The notes below the pieces were generated by a model, which did no database searches, had not been told where the DNA came from, and worked only from the letters and a program-made list of their open reading frames with translations. A program made the position numbers and the translations under genes. Source: Nemertoderma westbladi (lineage: Eukaryota; Animalia; Xenacoelomorpha). From it: 42,310 bases of DNA. The stretch is from the NCBI GenBank assembly GCA_032718475.1, contig JAUCBJ010001667.1, positions 1 to 42,310 of the forward strand, read 5' to 3'. Positions within the stretch are counted from its first letter, which is position 1; every line of letters starts with the position of its first letter. Shown in pieces: positions 1 to 10,365 of this stretch.

Positions 1-210
1 GTAGAATTTTTGCGGGAAACCTATCTCAATATTGCCAGTCAACAGAACTTAGAGACTCGATATCCTCAAGGTATCCATCACGATCCCATGGTAGAACTCA
101 AACGACTCTATTTCACCATGATGTATCTTACTGCAGATCGTCCACTGTCTGTTGTCTCAGATAGCTTTGAACTAATAGAAGGGAACCACTGGAGAAGAGA
201 CATGAGTTGA
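1..210 (+). pseudogene. Open frame entering from the left edge, possibly the N-terminal part of the BEL-1 accessory ORF
   Basis: Frame 1 is open from base 1 (VEFLRETYL...) and is the same frame as 877-2652. ELKRLYFTMM weakly resembles CITHLYCALV, which lies at the start of the BEL-3 accessory ORF. Confidence 0.35.
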
Positions 211-845
211 TGTCTAGGGTCCATAATGTGAATAGTTTTCCCCGGGGCACGGGTGCTCGCGGGCGGTCTCCTTCGGGAGGCTGTAACTTTCTCTTCCTTC
301 ATCGTTTTCCTATAATTATTGTGATCAGTGTCACAGTAAGCAGATAAGAATGAATGATGAGGTAATGGAAAACATGTCCATTGTGGTGTCTTATGGATAC
401 TACCATATCTCCTTCCTCCTCTTTTCTCCCTTCATCGATCGACCAATCATACTGGTATCGTGGTATGAATCATACCGCTTCCTAATAAACCTCCCCACCC
501 TTTACTGTTAATCTGGATGCCTATATTCGTGTCCGCATCTCCTGTCCATATACCATTGTGTTGGTATTTATAATAGCAACACCCATCTCTTTGTCGTTGA
601 TTACATAATCAACCACCGATAATTTCCTTAGGTCCACGACCCGATATAAGGACTAAAAGGATACGCGGCTAATCTGTGAACAACTGGTACCATTGTGTGT
701 CATAAATCTGGTTGTTCACCTCCCTTAATAATTGGGGATAAATTAATTTGGAGATAATCTTCGAATGACATAATCCTCCTACTGAGATCGTATTTTAAAC
801 CTTGTTGAATGTGTCATAGGTTTTCCTTGCCCTCTCCCATCGATG
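211..845 (-). pseudogene. Degenerate antisense coding fragment ending in a transmembrane helix and basic tail (envelope-like C-terminus)
   Basis: Minus-strand translation through stops gives KLSVVDYVINDKEMGVAIINTNTMVYG...HNGHVFHYLIIHSYLLTVTLITIIIGKR*RKRK. Confidence 0.35.
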
Positions 846-876
846 GCGGAAAACATGTTAGGCGTGCAACAGGAAT

Positions 877-2652
877 ATGGAGAACATTCCCTATCCTTTC
901 GTGGATACTCAGCTGATAGCGCCTTGGGCCGAAGGCCGAGGTTTCTTTCGCACCATGTATGCTAATGTGTCTAGCAACATTACAAAGGTGCAACGAACTT
1001 CCATCGGACATCTTGCCTTTCAGGAATACGGGTGGAATTTCAAGGTCGGAAATCCCATCAACTATCAACAAGTATACGGAGACCATTATTCTCGATTATA
1101 CTTTGACGGACCATTGACCGCACCTGGCGCCGTGTATAGCTTCATGAGTGTTCCACTCCGACCCTCCTTAGCTATCTACACGATCTTCGAAAACACCGCA
1201 CTTTCCGGTTGGCTAGCCGATGTGTGCAGTCGTACTATACGCGCCCATCCATTAATCCTTGGGACCAAACTCGCTAAGCTAGATGAACATAATAAATTCA
1301 TCCGCTTTGAATGTTTCCGACGGTTTTTAACCCCGTTTCGCAACGTGGATAGCCAATTCAAAGACCGCGCTTTGACCAAGCTCAGCTTAAGAGACTCAGC
1401 TGCGGAGAAGTTGGATAGCGCTGGATTCGCTATTTTCCGAGACATTTGTGTGATAAACCTGCACTCCTCGGTTATCCAAAGACCTCGGATCCCCACCGGT
1501 TATTCTGTCGTGGAAATTCAGACGGTAGGTCCACTTGAGGAGACGGCCATGCCTACCTCAACTATACAAGGGGAAGACGAACCCATATGTTTAGAATCGG
1601 AAGAGATTCAGCCCCCCACGGCTCGGAGTAGCGATAGCGACTATATATTGGAATGGTATCAAGGTCCACAGTGTCTTACTGCGTATGATTATCGCCATGC
1701 CAATTATGTTTCTCGACAACGTTGTCGGCTGTGCGCATCGAGAGACCATATTACGTCTATGGACACCAACGATCTTTGTTCCTATTTCCACGAGCAACCG
1801 TCGATGGAAATCTATTGTGCATATTGTCGGCTTAATAATTTGCACATTTTTGCCGTCTGCCCCCAATTTATGACTCAATGCCATCATTGTCAATTAAAAG
1901 GACACGCCAGCTTTGATTGTCCCTTTAACCATGATTTAGAGAGCGTAGATGAAATGATTGTACTACGTTATATCAGAGCTTGGGAAGCGAACGCTGATTT
2001 ACATTGTGACTCACGCCATCGCTATTATCCCGGACGCGCCTACGAAGGAGTTTATGCGTTCCATCCATATTTGTTTGCCTCCGTCGAGCAGAAATCGCGC
2101 CTATCAAGTTATGAACTATTGAAGCGCGTTGGAGAATGTATTTCAACCAAATATGTGCGTAAATTTCTCAGGAGCATTAATCCGAGTGACATCCAGTCTT
2201 ACAACTTAATAAACTTTATCCGTCAAGACCCTGCCTATGGAGACTTATTCGTCAACTCACACCCTGAGTTACAAGAGGTATATCGACGGCCTTACGAGTA
2301 TCGAGCCCGCGAACGCGAGTTAGAAAGAACCATTAAACCAAGGAAGTTTCTAACTGCCTATGGTCCACCCACGGCCCTCGTTCAGACCACTCGTAAAGGA
2401 CCCGTAAGAGCGGCTGTCTTGAAACGAGCTCTCAAAGCCGTTAGACCCCTCTCCCCGGACGTTGATGTCAATCAACCCGGTACTTCGACCGGCGGATATA
2501 CCGATCGCAATCCCATACCTTCTGATGCAATCATATTGCACCCTTCACCCAGGAGTTATAGCCCTCCTAGTAAAGTGGCTCGCCCCAAGGAGAAAAGGAC
2601 TCTTGCTAGCTTCAAAAAACTGCGTAAACGCCGTCCGCGCAAGAAAGACTAA
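877..2652 (+). CDS. Retrotransposon accessory protein: C-terminal half of a DEDDy-like exonuclease domain, three CCHC-type zinc knuckles and a basic NLS-like tail
   Basis: 591-aa ORF. Knuckles are CRLC-x4-H-x9-C, CAYC-x5-H-x4-C and CHHC-x4-H-x4-C. FVDTQ...YQQVYG...VYSF...YTIFE aligns with BEL-3 LLDMQ...FREEYG...VYQF...YILQE. It ends KKLRKRRPRKKD and is probably 5'-truncated. Confidence 0.75.
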   Translation: MENIPYPFVDTQLIAPWAEGRGFFRTMYANVSSNITKVQRTSIGHLAFQEYGWNFKVGNPINYQQVYGDHYSRLYFDGPLTAPGAVYSFMSVPLRPSLAIYTIFENTALSGWLADVCSRTIRAHPLILGTKLAKLDEHNKFIRFECFRRFLTPFRNVDSQFKDRALTKLSLRDSAAEKLDSAGFAIFRDICVINLHSSVIQRPRIPTGYSVVEIQTVGPLEETAMPTSTIQGEDEPICLESEEIQPPTARSSDSDYILEWYQGPQCLTAYDYRHANYVSRQRCRLCASRDHITSMDTNDLCSYFHEQPSMEIYCAYCRLNNLHIFAVCPQFMTQCHHCQLKGHASFDCPFNHDLESVDEMIVLRYIRAWEANADLHCDSRHRYYPGRAYEGVYAFHPYLFASVEQKSRLSSYELLKRVGECISTKYVRKFLRSINPSDIQSYNLINFIRQDPAYGDLFVNSHPELQEVYRRPYEYRARERELERTIKPRKFLTAYGPPTALVQTTRKGPVRAAVLKRALKAVRPLSPDVDVNQPGTSTGGYTDRNPIPSDAIILHPSPRSYSPPSKVARPKEKRTLASFKKLRKRRPRKKD

Positions 2653-2720
2653 CTGTTTAGAGTATTTTTGTATTTTAGAAACTGTGATTTTGTATATTTT
2701 ATAGACTTAAATCCCATTTT

Positions 2721-2730
2721 CTGGGAGCGG
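2721..2730 (+). other. Polypurine tract (PPT) of BEL-1
   Basis: CTGGGAGCGG immediately 5' of the LTR TG start. Confidence 0.55.
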
Positions 2731-3973
2731 TGTAAAAGCTTTTGTGGGATAACTGATACGTTTGCCCTTGCTGGCCAGTTCCCCCCCAGACGCTGGAATA
2801 CTCTCAAAAGGTTCTCTGACTGTATATATATTCCCCTCGCCCGCAAGGTACCTTTACAGGTGTTTTAACGGACATAAAAGTAATTCTGCTATATACGTGT
2901 TTTAGTGGACATGGTAAGGCAAAAAACCCGCAATGCACCAACCACCTTTCACAGCTTAGCCGTGATGATTCATATTACGACATCTAACAGCTGGTTGCTG
3001 ACATGGAGACAGCCATTAGATGTGTGGTTCTTTGTTTGGCTTGAGCCAATCAGAGCGATTTTTTCTGTCGATGTGTAGCTTTTTAGTCGACTCATAGGGA
3101 GTGTGTTCAGTCTTACAGTTTTTACTTGATACTTTGTTGTTATTGCTGTCTAAGCCAGAAACACCGGCATTTTGGATAGATACTGCTGTACCGTAAACTG
3201 CTTGAATTATCGAAAGTATAAACTGTTACCTCATTTCACTCATTAACTTAACTAACTACCGATCAATTTAACTAATCATATTGTTTGTACTGTTATTTTA
3301 CCGTCAGTTATTAATTGTACTTATTTGTTGATGGAAATATTGCTATTTGGATAATACGGATAAATCACCCAATTCCCAATTTTCTTGATAACACTACAGG
3401 TTAGAGAGACCGGCTATACATAACAATTGCGATTTATATTAATGTGGTGTGTATTGAATCCAATGTTATTTAGCAGACCCTACGTGAGTCAATTACTGCT
3501 CTCTTTATGTGTGATCAAATATACTGACTGTCGGCAGAATAGTGTGTATGATTGAGATTGGTAACAAAGTATTTCCTAAAGAATACGCTTTGTACTTTAA
3601 TCATAAGCAGTATCGTTGCGTTTAGTATAAGTCTTAGTTCTGTTTAAATAGATAAAGCGCCACGTCCTAAAGGAACTGTTAATATTTCCCGAAAGCCAAT
3701 AATATCTGTCAGAGATTAATTATTAACGATCTATCGAATAATACATTAGGTATACACTGCAACCTTACACTGTAATAATACAATTCAAGCATCCGAATTC
3801 AGTCTCCCGGGTGTAGATCCATCGGGTGAATGATCGCGCATGGGCTGACTTCGGCTAATGTTTTGCGTATTAGCATAAATTATTGTCGTATGCTAAAGTG
3901 GTTTTAATTAACTAGAAGACATATAAATTTTGGCGGGTTAAACTGCTAAAGGTCTTCAAAAGCGCGAACAATA
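2731..3973 (+). repeat. 3' LTR of BEL-1 (~1.24 kb)
   Basis: Starts TGTAAAAGC and ends GCGCGAACA(ATA). Both termini, a GCCAATCAGAGC box and the distal ~600 bp are shared with 35499-36686. Confidence 0.75.
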
Positions 3974-5163
3974 ATTGAAGAGTTATCAAAAAAGAAAGAC
4001 AGGCATCTGGCTGTTATCTTTGTTGACTTCTTCAAGGCCTTTGCTTCAGTCTCTCGCTCACGTATGTTCAGCATACTTTCATTATATGGGATTCCTGATG
4101 AAATTATTTCAGAAATCAGATCAGTTACGATGGTTCGACAACCTTTGTGTCTACTGTTGACGGTGACACAGAACCATTTGAAGTGTTATGGGGCGTCCTC
4201 CAGGGAGACACACTTGCACCATTCTTGTTCATAATTGTTGTTGACTATGTTCTACGCATGTCCTTAGATCATCATAATGATGATGGGGTGATGATAACTC
4301 CACCTACTGGCTCCAGAAGTCGAGGAAATCCTGCCAAGTACCTTTTCTGATGACTTAGGAGTAATCTCAGAATCACTAGAGGGAGCCCAACGGCTCCTCA
4401 GCTCATTAGAACATGCTGCCTCTAGTGTTGGTCTTTTTATTAACTCCAGAAAGACCAAAATTTTGACAGTTAACTTTGAAAGTCCTCATCAAGTCTCTGA
4501 TCGGATGAGCATAAGCTCAAAAGATGGTATGCTTGAGCATGTGGATGACCTCTGTTACCTGGGATCATGGATCCGGAAGTCAGGTGAGGACCTTCAAATA
4601 CGTAAGGGAAAGGCATGGGCAGCCTTGAATAGGCTTTCCAGGATTTGGAAGTCAACGAGAATTAATCGGAAACTTAAGGTCCGATTATTTAGAGCAGCAG
4701 TAGTTCCAGTACTCCTCTATGGGAGTCCATGCTGGGCTCTAACTGCTGAGGACACCAAATCTCTGGATGGCACATTTACAAGAATGCTACGCCGGGTTCA
4801 TTGTGTCAAGTACAATGCACACATCTCCAACCAGACACTATATAACATTGGAGGTGTCTCTTTGGTTCCCCCAAGCTTGACACTAGAACAAAATCGCCTC
4901 CGCTTTGCAGGACATTGCTTTCGCGTGAGGACCAGCCAGTGCATAATCTTGTACTTTGGCAGCCTCCTGGAGTGAATAAGCATGGTGGACAGCCCATGAC
5001 TTTCTTGAGACGCATCTTAAAGGACACTGGCCTTGAAGATGCGGATGATCTAGCAAATGTCATGGGTGATAGGGAGTTGTGGCGGTGCAATTTTGTCGAT
5101 AAGCCGGCACAGCATTCTTAAAAATGCAGCTGCAATGCAGCATGCCGATCCTAGTAGTAGTAG
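3971..5163 (+). mobile_element. RTE-like LINE, 3' part (frameshifted RT pseudogene) with (TAG)n tail
   Basis: Motifs IIEE...VIFVDFFKAF, GVLQGDTLAPFLFIIVVDYVLR, FSDDL (YADD equivalent), YLGSWI, VLLYG..W and RLRFAGHC. The tail CTAGTAGTAGTAG lies at ~5150-5163. Confidence 0.9.
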
Positions 5164-5322
5164 GTCGTTATATACGTCTGTTCACCTAAATATATCGTTG
5201 ATCAGCTGACGGCAGCCAGCTGACCGGTAGGTTTCTCCTCACGAATGAAGGCATTCTCAAGAGGCCAGGCCAAGAAATGACATTAAGAGTGGAGCCCCAA
5301 AGGGGATGGAACGGCTGATGAA

Positions 5323-6056
5323 ACGAACATATGTATGAACAGTAAACATCCACTGGGAAGCAGCACCGAAAACTTGCGCCAATCACGTTTCTGCATTGAA
5401 GTATTGGTATGGCTGTATGGTATGACGGACTGTTGAATGTCTAGGTACGCCCTACAAGTAATAATGACAAGGTTTTAATGTAGTTCATGTTAAGGTTAGG
5501 ATAAAGGTTCGGGTTATGCGGTCAGACAATTTTAATGATAGGGGTTTTCTCAACAATTTACATTAATTATATTTTCCGGCTTCTCTGTTTATTGCATTTC
5601 TACTAAGTATATTCTGGCACACAAACAACAAAAAACTTGTCTCAATTTGTAATATTTACGAACATGTAATGAAACGCCAATTTTGTTATAAAATGTTCGG
5701 CATGCGCCAGATGCTAAATATGTAAACAATTTGCCAATGAGGTTATTAAAAGTCTACATATCGCCAGGTTATATGTAAAATGGTTTCAATACCCCCAGAG
5801 TAAGGGTATGGTTCAGTTTTGCGTTATCGTTGTTATGGTTTTATGTAAGGGTTCTTTTTCAAGATATGATTATGATTCGGGTAAGTCTTTAGATCTCTCA
5901 AGATCACAGTGCAGCTAATGATACCGGTATGGTTTTGTTATGGTCCATGTTATGGTTCAGATTAAGGTTTGGGTATTGGTTCAGATTATGTAAATGATGT
6001 GGCGTTCTAAACAAATTACTGTACGCTGGGCATTCCTAAATATTACCCGCAGAATT
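5323..6056. repeat. Interspersed repeat module, copy 1
   Basis: Closely similar to 6932-8260 once the MITE there is removed. Parts recur at ~6660-6830 and ~8270-8600. Confidence 0.8.
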
Positions 6057-6094
6057 CTGCTCAGTGAATTTTTTGGTTTCTGACATATAAAAAA

Positions 6095-6640
6095 TACTGC
6101 TACTACTACTGCAAGGTCGAGCGAACTCGGACAGTGGAAATGAGATCCTTCCAGGCTTCCGAATTCTCCATAGTTGTCGCAATTTAGTTTCTCCCAAGTT
6201 TAGTATCCCTTTCAAGTTGATCTACTGTATATATGTTATGGCCGGTCGTCCACGACTACGCTTTCCATGAGTTAGTTGTCAGAAAAGTAGATCTGGTATG
6301 ACCTCGTCTTTACTTCGCCAGAAGTGCCCACTGAATCTTAATCTGCGTTCACGGAGGGAGGTTGATACAGGTGGTATTTTACCATAAAGCTCGACGTTTG
6401 TCATTGTGTTGTCTCCAACTGCTGTTTAGGGCTGCCCTTAGTAGTCTTGTGTAGCAACCATCAATTCGTTGTCCAAGTGATTTGGGAGCTACCCAAGCCT
6501 TTGCTTTCCTAACTTCTATGTCCTTTTTGCTACTCTCTATCCATGATCCAAGGTACTGGAAGTTATCGACTTTCCTTAGTTGATTATTATCAATGGTTGT
6601 CAAGTTTCCATCAACATTAAAGTTTAAAAATATCATTCAA
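6095..6640 (-). mobile_element. Second RTE-like LINE 3' fragment, internally deleted
   Basis: KVDNFQYLGSWIESSKKDIEVRKAKAW is joined directly to RIDGCYTRLLRAAL. An (AGT)n tail lies on the minus strand at ~6095-6110. Confidence 0.85.
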
Positions 6641-6931
6641 AATATAAAAAATAACATGTCTTATTAATTTGTTTTATATGGGAATTTGAATTGAAACGCC
6701 AATTTAGATGTAAAATGTTTACTATGTGCCAACTATAAATATGCCAATGTGAACAATTTGCCAATTTCGTGAATAAAAGACTACATAACGCCAGTATCTA
6801 CGTAAAATGGTTTTAATTCGACAAAAGATTCGATAGCCAATATGTTCTTATTGTGTGGTTCTGTTTAGGTTCTGGATACGACATGGTTCATTGCCGTATT
6901 TTGTCTTGGGGAAATACGAAAAAAAAATGAT

Positions 6932-8260
6932 ACGAACATATGTGTGACCAGTAAACATCACTGGGAAGCAGCACCGAAAACCTGCGCCAATCACGTTTCT
7001 GCATTGAAGTATTGGTATGGCTGTATGGTATGACGGACTGTTGAATGTCTAGGTACGCCCTACAAGTAATAATGACAAGGTTTTAATGTGGTTCATGTTA
7101 AGGTTTGGATAAAGGTTTGTGTTATGCGGTCAGACAATTTTAATGATAGGGGTTTTCTCAACAATTTACATTGGACAAGGACATTCATTTACCGGCTTCT
7201 CTGTTCATTGCATTTCTACTAAGTATATTCTGGCACACAAACAACAAAAAACTTGTCTAAATTTGTAATATTTACTAACATGTAATGAAACGCCAATTTT
7301 GTTATAAAATGTTCGGCATGCGCCAGATGCTAAATATTTTTTTTTTATGTAAACAATTTGCCAATGTGGTTATTAAAAGTCTACATATCGCCAGGTTATA
7401 TGTAAAATGGCTTCAGTACGCCCAGAGTAATGGTATGGTTAAGTTTTGCGTTTTTTGGTGTTATGGTTTCATGTTATGGTTCTGTTTCAAGATATCGTCC
7501 CTTTCATTTTCAAACAACCTAAATGACAAAAATGTATTTTCCTGTAAAACGGCATTTTCGATTCTAATTTTGTTTGAAAGTAATATTCCAGGATTTTGGT
7601 CTTATTTACTTTTGAATCCATTAAATTTAACGATTTTAAACAAAAATCGTTTTGGTATTGGAATTATGTAACATATTAGGTAGGAAACAATGTATAGGGA
7701 TATAGGTTGTTTAAAAAAAATATTTCATTTTTCACAATGATTACTCAAAAAGTATTAAAACCCTTAAGACAAATTCGATTATTAAGTTTTAAAAATATAA
7801 AACAAATCTCCCTCTATCATAATAAACAACAATTCTAGCTCCTGATTCGTTGTTTCCAATTTTAAATCAACGTTTCGTAAATTTCTTTATCATGCGGTCT
7901 ATGCAAAACTGGCATATAGGTGGTTTTGAAAAGTTAAATATCTCAGTTATACGTGGGAGCATGGCATTCTAAGTGTGTTAATCGGATTCAGAACACATTT
8001 TAACATAAAGAAATGCAGAAATCACCATTTCGGCAAAAATGGCATATAGGTGGTTTCAAAATGAAAGGGACGATATGGTTATGATGATTCGGGTAAGTCT
8101 TTAGATCTCTTAAGGTCACAGTGCAGGTGATACCGGTATGGTATTGTCTATGATTTTGAAGGTCCATGTATGTTATGGTTCAGTTTATGTAAATAATGTG
8201 GCCTTCGAAACAAATTACAGTACACTGGACTGGACATTCCTAAATATTACCCGCAGAATT
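6932..8260. repeat. Interspersed repeat module, copy 2 (contains a MITE insertion)
   Basis: Direct repeat of 5323-6056. Confidence 0.8.
7496..8072. mobile_element. Non-autonomous TIR DNA transposon (MITE) with ATAT target duplication, possibly Sola-like
   Basis: TIRs CGTCCCTTTCATTTTCAAAC / GTTTCAAAATGAAAGGGACG differ by 1 mismatch and are flanked by ATAT on both sides. The empty site AAGATATG is present in the paralogous copy at ~5861. Confidence 0.85.
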
Positions 8261-10365
8261 ATTCTGCTTATTATTAATTTGTTTTATATGGGAATTTGAA
8301 TTGAAACGCCACTTTAGTTGTAAAATGTTTACAGTGTGCCAACAATAAATAGGTCAACAATTTGCCAATTTCGTGAATAAACTCGTCTCCATCACTAGAC
8401 TGGTTGCGCTCGTCCTGTTTCGCATCACAAATGAAGGCATTCTCAAGAGGGAGCCCAAGAGATGACAATAAGAGTGAAGCCTCAAAGGGGGAAGGAACGC
8501 CCTACGAAACGAATAGAGTTGTGGGCAGTAACTATCCACTGGGAAGCAGCACCACAAACTTGCGCCAATCACGCTTGTGTATTTAATTTTTGTATATTGG
8601 CTGTTTGGTATAACTGGTACATGCGATGCAGCCTGCAGGATAAAAAGTCTAAATTAGATCCTAAAAAACCTGACTTTGGTGTACCTAGCGAACTTTTTAG
8701 GCTTCTTATGCGAACATAAATCGCAAATTGCTGATAATTTACTGTAGGTCCCGTGTTTTTACTTAGGCCTATATACCACAATAAATGCCATTAATAGTCA
8801 CCCCATGAGTTTATAGCTTTAATTAATATTATGCTCATTTTAATAGTTTATATTAAAAATGGTTTATTTTTTATTGCTAGCCAGGGTGCCGTCAAAAAGA
8901 ATTATAAATCGTTCCCCAGGAACATATGCTTTTTTCGTTGCATGAAATACAAGAGATGATAGGATGATTAATAATTTGTTAATAATTGGTGCTAGGAACG
9001 CTTGAATATAAACTGATAATCAAACGCCACTTATGATGAAATTTTTGGTCTTAAGTAGCATTATCGCCATTATGGCGTTAAGATGACATGTCTACCAAAC
9101 GCCATTATATCCCGCAGAACGCCCTCATCATATATAAACAGGTCGCAAAAGCGCCAATAAACATATTTCGACATGGCGTATTTGTTAAGCGCAACATCTA
9201 TATACATATATATAGTATAAAGTATTTACTATTTCCAACGGACTATAAAGTACAAGTATTTCCTTTCAATATTTTTCGGCCTTCTTTTTTATATAAAAAA
9301 AATTCTGTCTAAACTAAATCAAGTGAAAAATAAGTATAACATATATTAAAATCCACTTGTGATGGGGGGAAATAAATCTAGACGTATATATCAGAGCGAC
9401 GATGATATATAAAGGATTGGACATATTCGGGCTTAATAATACGTGCGTCGAAACTTCCCGAAATAATTTGGAGTAAAATATTGTATAAATCGCGGATCGT
9501 GGGTATGGTTAGTAGACGGATGGATGACGCGAGTCTACTGGATGTCGGAACAGCTTGCATTGTCTTTTCGCGTCGTATCTTTACCTCATCTTGCCTCATC
9601 TTTCTCCGGATGTTGCGGGTCGAATGTTGACCAAAGACTCGAGAGTTCCAAACCCGCTTCGTGCCGCGCCTCCAAATCTTTATGCGCTCGATCAGGCGAA
9701 ATGACGGCGGACATCTCCACTAAGGCAGGAGTAGTATGAGTTCCAATCTCACTATATAAGGATCCGGAATCGTAGTCGTCGGTGTAACAGACGTTGGGGG
9801 TTTCTTTCCGCTAAAATCGACGGTTATCATCGGGTTACTCATCGGATCGCTTTGTCCTTCTGGGCTCCTCCAAACACCAACGGATGGCGCTTCAAAATTC
9901 TCGCGACTATGTCTGTTATCAAGCAAGTTACCGTGTTTGATTCCAACAATAGATAATACTGCAACGAAGCACGAGGTGGTGCGCAAATTTTCCAATATAC
10001 CAACGCTTGTCACTTGAAATGGGATTTGAACTCAGCTCCCAGCGGCGTGTTATATTCACCGTACGCCTCCTCATACTTCTTCTGCGTCTTCAACTTAAAA
10101 CCCAATTAGACAATAAATGAGCTATAAAGCCCATACCAGTCTTGGCTCGACATCCCGAGCTACCTGGCCCGCCTTCCAGCAGTTCAGGTTCGGCTCTCTA
10201 GATCCCGTCTCATTCCTACGCTAACGTCTATATCTATTCCCATGCATAGCGCAAAAACTTTGGAGATAAACTGGCCGTGACCGGCTGTGTACGTCGCTGG
10301 TGCTACTAACCTTTAGCACCTTTGGTTGTTGTACTGTTGGCACCAATCTGTGGAATCTACTGAAC

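Larger units (their letters stand above)
1..3973 (+). mobile_element. 3' part of an LTR retrotransposon (BEL-1): accessory ORF, PPT and 3' LTR, inserted into an RTE LINE
   Basis: The accessory ORF is homologous to that of BEL-3. A purine tract GGGAGCGG precedes TGTAAAAGC at 2731, and the LTR is homologous to 35499-36686. LINE RT coding sequence follows directly. pol lies outside the window. Confidence 0.7.

Noticed and set aside
7285-7671. 128-aa ORF
   Set aside because: Spans a repeat/MITE junction, is AT-rich, and is not preserved in the paralogous copy.
8633-9117. MITE bounded by CTGCAGGATA/TATCCCGCAG
   Set aside because: Only a 10-bp imperfect inverted repeat with no clear TSD.
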